From contig JALCKY010000008.1 of NCBI GenBank assembly GCA_022647575.1, positions 8,635-72,634 on the forward strand: a stretch of 64,000 nt of DNA. The letters run 5' to 3'. How positions within the stretch are numbered: the first letter of the stretch is position 1; every line of letters starts with the position of its first letter. Positions 56,231-64,000 of this stretch are shown piece by piece. The notes below the pieces were generated by a model. The model ran no database searches, was not told the DNA's origin, and worked only from the letters and a program-made list of their open reading frames with translations. Source of the DNA: Lachnospiraceae bacterium (GTDB lineage Bacteria > Bacillota > Clostridia > Lachnospirales > Lachnospiraceae). Position numbers and translations under genes: made by a program.

Positions 56231-59041
56231 TTAAAAGTACCAGTTCGATCCTACCTGGATATAATTGCCCGTCCGGTTAGTACTGCGGAAATTCAAATAA
56301 CCGTGATTTCTGATGCCCTGCGTCAAGCAATCGGAAACGGCCTGTTTTACAAAATCCGCCACATTTCCGTCAAGACGGCTCTTCCAGTAAGATGGATCGG
56401 AAATACTCGGTGAATAACAGAACTGTCCGGAAGCCGTAAGCTGTGCAAGTGCTGTCGTTCCATAGCCTCCGTAATTTAAATCCGCACGATTCATTACGCA
56501 TGAAATCACGGCGAGAGCGCCTTCGTAGGAAGTATCATCTTCCTGCGCCACGATGGCATAAATCTCATTCATCTCATCTGCCGTGTAGCCTGTCGTGTCC
56601 GTAGCATACGAAGTATAGAATCCCTGCGTGTCAAATCTAGTCAGGTTATACTTCTTGATGATCTCTTTAATCGAGTCATTGTATGTCGGATCCGATGCAT
56701 AGCCCTTCAGCGCTGTCTGAATGACTTTGTCCGTATCCGTCACGCCCTTCATATCCGGGTGGACGCCTGTCTTATAGGCTGCATAGTCTTCCATGCAGGA
56801 TTCAATATCGGAATAAGTCCTCATCTGCTCATACCCGTAAACATCGACTCCGTTTACGGACTGCGGCACGTTGCGGCTCACTGCCGTCCCGTTCCAATTG
56901 CTGACCCAGGTATCATTCAGAAGATCTGCGTTCATGCCGAGGATGTTGTTGTCCGCCGGCTGAATTCCGCCAATGGAAGCTCCCGAGAAAGAAAGCCATC
57001 CTGACTCCTGTATCGCCTGTGCAATCAGAACCGATCTGCAGAATCCGTATTCATACCACTCTTTGTTCGCTGCCTGCGCCAGGACATTGATGATCTGCGT
57101 CTGCGCGGAGGTGTCGCCCGCCGTCGCCTGCTTGCCGATCTCTGCCCAGTTGGACGCCTGTGTTGAACTGCAGACTATGTCGCTCAGGAAATTGCATGCC
57201 CAGCATGCTTTTGAATAATTGACATTGGAAATGATGATTCCTGTTGAGGAACTTGCGGCATTCACTGCCTTGCCATCCCCGATGTACATCAGAACGTGAT
57301 AGACAACTCCATTCTGCGCATAGAAGATCAGGTCGCCCGGAACCGCATCCTTGACAGCAATCTTCGTTCCTGCTTCCGCCTGTTCGTAAGAACATCTTGG
57401 AAGGGTGATTCCGAATGCCGCATAGATCTGCTGTACGTAGCCGGAACAGTCACAGCCATTGGTAAGACTTGTGCCGCCCCATACGTAGGGATTTCCGAGG
57501 AACTGTTCCGCATACGAGATGATCAGCTGCCGCAGTGCCGTCGACATTGAAGAAGGATCCTTCGTCGTCGTCAGCGTGTATCTGTAAGCCGCGTTCTGCG
57601 AACCTGCTATCAGTTCCTGAGCTGTTTTCAGATTGCTCTCACCGTTCTTTTCAACGAAAGCCGCCGCTTCATTTCCCATTAAAAGACATTTCCGGGAAAT
57701 AAATCCTCTGACATCTCCGGATTCAATGTAGACCCAATCCGAATCGGAGTCAGCCAGAACACAGCATAAGCCGTTTGTCTCCAAGGTACCGATGATTCTG
57801 CTTGTCGTGCTCTTGCCTTCACGGACATTGACGTAGACATTGCCCTGTGCTACCGCATAAACTTTGTCCACTCTTGTGAAGGTCGGTATTCTGTAATTCG
57901 AGTAGTTCGTCTGGTTTTTGTTTGAATCAGTAGAATTTGTGCTGGACTGTGCAGCCGTCTTATTGGAATAGTAAAGTACGGTGCGCGTTGTCTCTCCTGT
58001 TATGAAGCCCGAAACTTCAGATTCATCCGCGTCATATCCGCTGATATCCGGCGATGAAACAGAATATTCTTCGCCGTACGAATAAGTGCCGTCATAGGAA
58101 TCCAGGACGTTTCCGTCTTCGTCTTCATATAGAATGGTCAGAGAATACTGATTGACAGAATATGTAACATTGAATGAGGTATCCTGCGCTCCCATGATGC
58201 CGGAGACAGCGGTCTGATCCGCCGTCATTCCTTCGAGTGCGGGTGAGGGGATGCTGTAGGCGTCGCCCTGTCTGACAATTTGGGTTGCCGGTGCGGAAAC
58301 AGCTGCTCCGTCCGTCCCGATATAATTGACCGTCAGCAGATAACTGTTCAGCCTGTAAGTGACGTCTGCGGAAATATCCTCCGCATCCATGGTTCCGCTT
58401 ACATTTGCCGTATCAGGGGTGTAACCCGCAATTGCCGGGCTTGCTTCCTGATAGCTCTCACCTTTGCGCAGCTGCGCCGTGTAAGATTCCGCTGCCTGGG
58501 TTCCGTCTTCATAGAGATACCGGATCGTAAGCGTATGCTGCTCATTTTCCGTATAGACGAATGTGACAGTTGTATCGGAACTTATCGTGCCGAAGATTAC
58601 CGAATCCTGCGGTTCATATCCCGGAATATAAGCCGGAAGCACTTCGTAATCGGAGCCTTCCTGATATTCCTCCGCTGTCGGATCCAGCAATGCAGCGCCC
58701 TGTTCGTTTACATATTCGATCTTCAGTGTGCAGGTATTGGCTGCGGACGCATCATCTTTTGAATCAGAATCTGCCGATGAACCGGAATCTGCCGGTACAG
58801 AATCTGTCAGTACAGAGTCTGTCGCAACTGGTGCTGCCGTCTCTGTCTGCAGATCAGAAGAATTGCCTGATGAATCCGACGCTTCCCCATCGGATGGTGA
58901 CGATGTGCCAACCTGTATTGCCGCACTTGATGCGGCGTTCCCTGCCACTGCTTCTTCAGCCCAGATACTGCACGGGCTCAGGAGAGCGAAAGTCAAACCG
59001 GCTGCGAAAATCATTCCCGCCAGCTCCTTCCGCCTGATCAT
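56231..59041 (-). CDS. Secreted multi-domain cell-wall hydrolase (4x MucBP, SH3, NlpC/P60, GH73-like, SleB/Hydrolase_2-like)
   Basis: Signal peptide; four ~62-aa MucBP-like repeats; VNVREG SH3; LGNPYVWGG/DCSGYV; AQAIQESGW..NNILGM..YASDPTY; AIVAQE..ALAVISCVMNR..GQF. Confidence 0.88.
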   Translation of the reverse strand: MIRRKELAGMIFAAGLTFALLSPCSIWAEEAVAGNAASSAAIQVGTSSPSDGEASDSSGNSSDLQTETAAPVATDSVLTDSVPADSGSSADSDSKDDASAANTCTLKIEYVNEQGAALLDPTAEEYQEGSDYEVLPAYIPGYEPQDSVIFGTISSDTTVTFVYTENEQHTLTIRYLYEDGTQAAESYTAQLRKGESYQEASPAIAGYTPDTANVSGTMDAEDISADVTYRLNSYLLTVNYIGTDGAAVSAPATQIVRQGDAYSIPSPALEGMTADQTAVSGIMGAQDTSFNVTYSVNQYSLTILYEDEDGNVLDSYDGTYSYGEEYSVSSPDISGYDADESEVSGFITGETTRTVLYYSNKTAAQSSTNSTDSNKNQTNYSNYRIPTFTRVDKVYAVAQGNVYVNVREGKSTTSRIIGTLETNGLCCVLADSDSDWVYIESGDVRGFISRKCLLMGNEAAAFVEKNGESNLKTAQELIAGSQNAAYRYTLTTTKDPSSMSTALRQLIISYAEQFLGNPYVWGGTSLTNGCDCSGYVQQIYAAFGITLPRCSYEQAEAGTKIAVKDAVPGDLIFYAQNGVVYHVLMYIGDGKAVNAASSSTGIIISNVNYSKACWACNFLSDIVCSSTQASNWAEIGKQATAGDTSAQTQIINVLAQAANKEWYEYGFCRSVLIAQAIQESGWLSFSGASIGGIQPADNNILGMNADLLNDTWVSNWNGTAVSRNVPQSVNGVDVYGYEQMRTYSDIESCMEDYAAYKTGVHPDMKGVTDTDKVIQTALKGYASDPTYNDSIKEIIKKYNLTRFDTQGFYTSYATDTTGYTADEMNEIYAIVAQEDDTSYEGALAVISCVMNRADLNYGGYGTTALAQLTASGQFCYSPSISDPSYWKSRLDGNVADFVKQAVSDCLTQGIRNHGYLNFRSTNRTGNYIQVGSNWYF

Positions 59042-59112
59042 GGCATCACTCCCTTCTTTAATTATGTAAAGCAGTATAGCATAAACATATGAAAAAGTCA
59101 TTAAAACGGCTG

Positions 59113-60060
59113 TTATTTTTTTCTCTTCTTTTGTCTCTTAAGCCGCAGAAATGACTGTTTTTTGCTGATTTCCTCCACTTCTTCCTCACTGATCATCTTC
59201 GTCGTCTTCACGGCAAAAATCTTTCCGTCCTCCGCTGTTTTCAGCCGGATTTTCCCTTTGACATAGCCGTGTTCCGGACAGAAAGCGACGGCGTACTGGT
59301 TCTTGCTGTTGTTCGAAAACCATTTTATTTTCCGTTTGACGTTCTGATGGCAGACGAAGCAGCGCATCGAAGTCAGTTCCCGGTCCTCCATCGCATCTTC
59401 CTTCGTGTCGAATTCGCGGGTCACGTATTTCTCGTAGCTGTCATAGCGGATGCGGATCTCTTCGTCCCTGCTCTTCGGATTCTGGTAATAATCGATCGAG
59501 TAATTTCCGAGAATGACGTCATCGCTGAGCGTCTGGAAAATGCGGGCCGTGTACATGGCGTCGTCAAGGGCGTGATGGAAGTCGCCCTCGCTGGAAATTT
59601 TCAGGAAATCGGCGGCATAGGAAAGGGACCTGCGCTCCTTCGGGTTTTCATAGGAGAGCGCGAAAAGTTTCTGGACATCCTCATAGAAGACAGGAGCCGT
59701 CAGAAGCTCGGACAGATAATAGTACTTCAGGTTCCGCTGCAGCTCAAACAGATCCAGGGTTCCCCAGGTGCAGAAACGGAATCCGGTGCCGCACCATTTG
59801 AAAAAATCGGAAGCCGCGTCATGAAACAGCATTCCTTCCTTGAGGTCGTCCATCGTGATTCCGATGACTTCTTTTGTACGGAAATGAATCTGCCGGTAGA
59901 TGACCGGACGGATATACTGGTGATAGGAAGAAAGGATTTCCTTTTTCTCATTCAGTTTGACCGCCCCTATTTCGATGATCTCAAAAGGAAGCTGTGCATT
60001 TTCCATAGCTTTCCCATAAGGGCACTGATTCCATTCCAGGTCGAAGACAATATAGTTCAT
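59113..60060 (-). CDS. DEDDh 3'-5' exonuclease family protein
   Basis: IVFDLEWN, EIIEIGA, FCTWG--D, HHALDDA; start at ATG 60060. Confidence 0.9.
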   Translation of the reverse strand: MNYIVFDLEWNQCPYGKAMENAQLPFEIIEIGAVKLNEKKEILSSYHQYIRPVIYRQIHFRTKEVIGITMDDLKEGMLFHDAASDFFKWCGTGFRFCTWGTLDLFELQRNLKYYYLSELLTAPVFYEDVQKLFALSYENPKERRSLSYAADFLKISSEGDFHHALDDAMYTARIFQTLSDDVILGNYSIDYYQNPKSRDEEIRIRYDSYEKYVTREFDTKEDAMEDRELTSMRCFVCHQNVKRKIKWFSNNSKNQYAVAFCPEHGYVKGKIRLKTAEDGKIFAVKTTKMISEEEVEEISKKQSFLRLKRQKKRKK

Positions 60061-60248
60061 GTCCCTTTTGTACCATAAAACAGCACTCAATTCAAGAAAT
60101 CTGCACATATGGCAGTAAAAGCGGCGAAATTTTTTCTTTTTTTACTTGCTGATTGTATCGCTGTCCAAATTTTGATACAATTATCGCGAATAGAGAAGGG
60201 CTTCATTTTAGTTGTGCAAAAAAGACTCCTGCATCCGAAAGGGCCGCG

Positions 60249-62351
60249 ATGTCCGGTATCGAGAAGACAAGTATTCTGATTATTGATGATCAAAAAATCA
60301 ACCGGATGATCCTCAGGAACATCCTCAGTTCAGAGTACTCCATATTCGAAGCAGAAAACGGTAAAGAAGGCTTCGACGTTCTGGAAAAGAATATCAATGA
60401 GATCGGTGCGGTCCTGCTCGATCTTATTATGCCTGTCATGGACGGCTTCCAGTTCCTTGCGGAAATCAGCAGGCCGCAGTTTGCTTCCATCCCCATCATC
60501 GTCCTCACCGGAGAAGCAAATGACGAGACAGAGAAAAAAGTCCTCGACCAGGGTGCCTGGGATTTCATTACCAAGCCCTATCAGCCCGTCATTCTGAAGA
60601 CCCGTCTGAAGAATGCCATTGCACGGAGCCGGATGGGCATGTACGAAAAAATGAAAGCCCTTGCAGAGCATGATGCCCTGACCGGTCTGTATAACCGTTC
60701 AAATTTTTTCGAAAAAACAAGAAAAATGATCGACGCAAATCCGGAGACGACCTTTGTCTTTATCCGGATCGACATCGACCGCTTCAGCCTGATTAATTCT
60801 TTCTGGGGAGAAGAAGAAGGCGACCGTCTGCTGAAATATGTCGCCGACTGCCTCCGCAGCGAAAGTACGGCTTTTGAAATCTGCACCTACAGCCATGTCA
60901 ATTCGGACATCTTCTGCTTCAGCGCTCCGTACGATGAAGAGAAGCTGCTGACCATGACGGACAACATCCGCAAGTCGCTGCTTCATTTCAAGAACGACTA
61001 TTTCATCAAGCCCACCTTCGGCATCTACATCATCCGGGATTCCGGGCAGCCGGTCGAGACGATGTATGAGAAGGCAGCCATTGCCTCCAAGACCTGCAAG
61101 GGCACCTACAATCAGTTCATCAGCTACTATGACCGCCATGCCCATGAAGAACTGAAATGGGAGCAGGAAGTTACCAGCCGGATGCAGCAGGCGCTGGACA
61201 GCGGGGAATTCATTCCGTGGATGCAGCCGAAATACAGTCTGAAATCCGAACTGCCCTGCGGCTCCGAAGCACTGGTCCGCTGGAATCATCCGACGCTGGG
61301 GATTCTCTCTCCCGCAAAGTTCATTCCGATTTTTGAGCGCAACGGCTTTGTCAGCAAACTGGACTACTGCATCTGGGAAAGCGTATGCCGGATCATCCGC
61401 CATTGGATGGATGAGGGAAATAAACCCATTCCCGTTTCCGTGAACGTCTCCCTGGTCGATCTCTATAATCCGAATATCGTCCAGATCCTCTGCGAGCTGA
61501 TCCGGAAGTACCGCATCCCGGCAAGTTCCCTGAATCTGGAACTGACGGAAAGCGCCTATATGGATAACCCGAACATGATGAAGAAAGTCATGAGCGAACT
61601 CCACGAAAAAGGATTCGTCATCATGATGGATGATTTCGGGTCGGGCTATTCTTCCCTGAATACGCTGAAGGAAATCCCGGTCGACATCCTGAAGATCGAC
61701 ATGGGCTTTCTCCGCGATGCGGACAAGAGTCCGCGCAGCCGCAAGATTCTGGCTTCGATGATCCTGATGGCCGGATGGCTGGACATTCCTGTCATTGTCG
61801 AAGGCGTCGAGACGCGCGAACAGGTCGAATTCCTGAAGAGCGTCGGATGCAATTTTGTCCAGGGCTACTATTACGGGAAGCCGATGCCCCCGGAAGAATA
61901 TGAACGCCTGATCCGGGAAAAAGTCACGGATCCGGATATCGAAGAGAGCAGCCTCGAACTGAGCGACCGTGTCTGGAACACCTCCGAAGAAGGCACCGCT
62001 TTCCTTTATCATTTTGCTTTTCCTGCTGCCGTCTTCGAATACTACAGCCGCCACGCCTATGCCGTCCGGGTAAACAAAGCCCTGAACGATACTTTCGGGT
62101 ATGAAAAGGAGCTGCTGAATTTTGACCGCGACAGCTGCATTTTCCCGAAAAAAGATCATGAAAAGATCCTGGACTTCTGCGAAGCGGCAGGCCCTGAAAA
62201 CTTAAAAATCAATCTGGCCGTTACCTATCTTGACAGGGACGGACAGGAAAGGCCGATGACCGTCCTTCTTTCCTTTATGGGAATGGTCCAGGGCAGAAAA
62301 ATCTTCTGTGCTTTCTTTGCTTTTCATGACTCATCCGACGGGAGATCCTGA
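60249..62351 (+). CDS. REC-GGDEF(degenerate)-EAL c-di-GMP phosphodiesterase
   Basis: IIDD..LLDLIMP..KP receiver; NSDIF in place of GGDEF; QPK, SEALVRW, DDFGSGYSS, VEGVET. Confidence 0.9.
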   Translation: MSGIEKTSILIIDDQKINRMILRNILSSEYSIFEAENGKEGFDVLEKNINEIGAVLLDLIMPVMDGFQFLAEISRPQFASIPIIVLTGEANDETEKKVLDQGAWDFITKPYQPVILKTRLKNAIARSRMGMYEKMKALAEHDALTGLYNRSNFFEKTRKMIDANPETTFVFIRIDIDRFSLINSFWGEEEGDRLLKYVADCLRSESTAFEICTYSHVNSDIFCFSAPYDEEKLLTMTDNIRKSLLHFKNDYFIKPTFGIYIIRDSGQPVETMYEKAAIASKTCKGTYNQFISYYDRHAHEELKWEQEVTSRMQQALDSGEFIPWMQPKYSLKSELPCGSEALVRWNHPTLGILSPAKFIPIFERNGFVSKLDYCIWESVCRIIRHWMDEGNKPIPVSVNVSLVDLYNPNIVQILCELIRKYRIPASSLNLELTESAYMDNPNMMKKVMSELHEKGFVIMMDDFGSGYSSLNTLKEIPVDILKIDMGFLRDADKSPRSRKILASMILMAGWLDIPVIVEGVETREQVEFLKSVGCNFVQGYYYGKPMPPEEYERLIREKVTDPDIEESSLELSDRVWNTSEEGTAFLYHFAFPAAVFEYYSRHAYAVRVNKALNDTFGYEKELLNFDRDSCIFPKKDHEKILDFCEAAGPENLKINLAVTYLDRDGQERPMTVLLSFMGMVQGRKIFCAFFAFHDSSDGRS

Positions 62352-64000
62352 TGGAAGACAAAAGAGAATGCATTCTGGTGGTAGACGACAGCCAGATCAA
62401 CCGTGATATCCTGAAGGGCATCCTGAAAAATGACTACCGGGTACTGGAAGCGGAAAACGGTCTCGAAGCCCTGAACCTGCTGGATATCGAAAGTACCTCC
62501 GTCAGCGCCATCCTGCTCGACATCATGATGCCGGTCATGGACGGCTATGATTTTCTTGCAGAACTGAAAAAGAAACCCTACAGTGAAATCCCGGTCATCA
62601 TCATGACCGGGAACACCGATCCGGATACCGAAGAAAAAGCGCTGCATGCCGGCGCCTGCGACTTCGTCCTGAAGCCTTACCAGCCGATGGTTCTTCTGAG
62701 CCGTCTCGGCAATGCCATCGCGCGCTCACAGGTCCGCTACCTGCAGAGAATCCAGCATGCGGCGGAGCACGATCCTCTTACGGATCTTTACAACCAGGCT
62801 CATTTCTTCCGCTCGGCGCAGAAGCTCCTCCAGAATGAAGCCGGCAGGGAACTCGTCCTGGCCTGCTTCAGCATCGATCGTTTCCAGATTCTCCGCTCCA
62901 TGTGGGGCGAAAAAGAATACCAGCGGTTCATGCTCTATACTTCGACCCTGCTTCGGCGGGTCATGAGCGATTATCCGTACGGCCGCTATGCCCTTGCCGA
63001 TTCCTCGACCTTCTGCTTCCTGACAGAATATGACCGCGACAGTTTTTCCAAGACCATCAACGACCTGATCATCGGCCTGTCGGATTATGACCGCAACTCC
63101 CAGATTGAACCGTCCATCGGCATTTACCGCACGGACAATCATACGACGCCGGTCGAGAAGATGTACCTGAACGCTTCCATCGCGATGCATACCATTTCCG
63201 ACCAGTACCATCACTATACCTGTGAGTACCAGCCTTCCATGGGCGAGTCTCTGGTCCGCGAGCAGGGCATCGTCAATGAAATGGAAACCGCTCTTTCAAA
63301 CGGGCAGTTCATCATCTATCTGCAGCCCAAGTACAATCTCCAGACCAACACGCCGTACGGCGCGGAAGCACTGGTACGCTGGAACCATCCGACAAAAGGA
63401 CTCATTTCCCCGGGACTCTTCATTCCCGTTTTCGAGAAAAACGGCTTCATCGGAAAACTGGACGTCTATGTCTGGGAAACGGTCTGCCGGCTGCTCCGGA
63501 AATGGATCGATGACGGCATCGCGCCGGCACCGATCTCCGTCAACATGTCGAGAGCCGATCTCTATAATCCGAGCATCGTCGATACGATCTGCTCCCTGAT
63601 CCGCAAATACAAGCTGAAGCCGGAACTTCTGAATCTCGAACTGACGGAAAGCACCTATATGGACAACCCGAAGCTGATGGCAGAAAGAATCCACCAACTG
63701 CAGAAGCTCGGATTCTGCATCATGATGGATGATTTCGGATCCGCCTATTCTTCGCTGAACATGCTGAAGGATATCCAGGTCGATTACCTGAAGATCGATA
63801 TGAAATTCATCCAGGGCGACATCCGCAGCACCCGCTCCGAACGCGTCATGGCCTCCGTCGTGCGCATGGCCGGCTGGCTCGACCTGCCCGTCATCGTCGA
63901 AGGCGTCGAAACCAAGGAACAGTATGAATTCCTGCAGAGCATCGGATGCGGCTACATCCAGGGCTACTATTTCGCAAAGCCGATGACCGTTTCGGATTAT
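62351..64000 (+). CDS. Second REC-GGDEF(degenerate)-EAL protein, partial (runs off the window edge)
   Basis: Manual translation from ATG 62351 (TGATG overlap): MEDKRECILVVDD..LLDIMMP; DSSTF in place of GGDEF; AEALVRW, DDFGSAYSS, EGVET, QGYYF. Confidence 0.9.
   Translation, partial: MEDKRECILVVDDSQINRDILKGILKNDYRVLEAENGLEALNLLDIESTSVSAILLDIMMPVMDGYDFLAELKKKPYSEIPVIIMTGNTDPDTEEKALHAGACDFVLKPYQPMVLLSRLGNAIARSQVRYLQRIQHAAEHDPLTDLYNQAHFFRSAQKLLQNEAGRELVLACFSIDRFQILRSMWGEKEYQRFMLYTSTLLRRVMSDYPYGRYALADSSTFCFLTEYDRDSFSKTINDLIIGLSDYDRNSQIEPSIGIYRTDNHTTPVEKMYLNASIAMHTISDQYHHYTCEYQPSMGESLVREQGIVNEMETALSNGQFIIYLQPKYNLQTNTPYGAEALVRWNHPTKGLISPGLFIPVFEKNGFIGKLDVYVWETVCRLLRKWIDDGIAPAPISVNMSRADLYNPSIVDTICSLIRKYKLKPELLNLELTESTYMDNPKLMAERIHQLQKLGFCIMMDDFGSAYSSLNMLKDIQVDYLKIDMKFIQGDIRSTRSERVMASVVRMAGWLDLPVIVEGVETKEQYEFLQSIGCGYIQGYYFAKPMTVSDY

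Noticed and set aside
60061-60248. c-di-GMP (GEMM) riboswitch upstream of the EAL genes or the 14700 operon
   Set aside because: The characteristic GNRA tetraloop/receptor two-stem pattern could not be identified by eye; cmscan would be decisive.

Overview
64-kb mostly core chromosomal window from a GC-rich, Lachnospiraceae-like Clostridium (inferred from gene content and protein families, not from a database search). Left edge: accessory genes next to a tRNA-Lys(CTT) 3' end (partial AAA+ ATPase, acidic hypothetical, DUF6577/AbiEi-like). Then trxA, trmB, a complete 9-gene V/A-type ATPase operon, a trxB frameshifted by one extra base, and an SGNH hydrolase. A 10-gene operon follows: degenerate GGDEF membrane protein, ECF sigma, putative anti-sigma, transglutaminase-like lipoprotein, PilC, four pilin-like proteins and PilT, with no PilB. 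Next come the HPr-like/CobW-like/pth/mfd/prsA-like cluster, a P-type ATPase, glgB, ade, tatD, metG, a ricin-NlpC/P60 secreted protein, a DUF2298 membrane protein, perR plus two rubrerythrins, DUF1002, rsmA, a TPR-AAA protein, glgP, type-2 ileS, a MucBP triple-catalytic autolysin, a DEDD exonuclease and two tandem REC-GGDEF*-EAL proteins. Most interesting: (1) the PilB-less pilus-like/transglutaminase operon linked to an ECF sigma and a dead GGDEF protein; (2) a dispersed family of structured intergenic elements with compensatory base changes between copies (14.4, 30.8, 31.1 kb); (3) a 563-bp rod-like palindrome whose loop motifs are polarity-swapped (55.5-56.1 kb) and a 207-bp rod in the leader of the P-type ATPase. 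No CRISPR array, integrase or transposase was seen.
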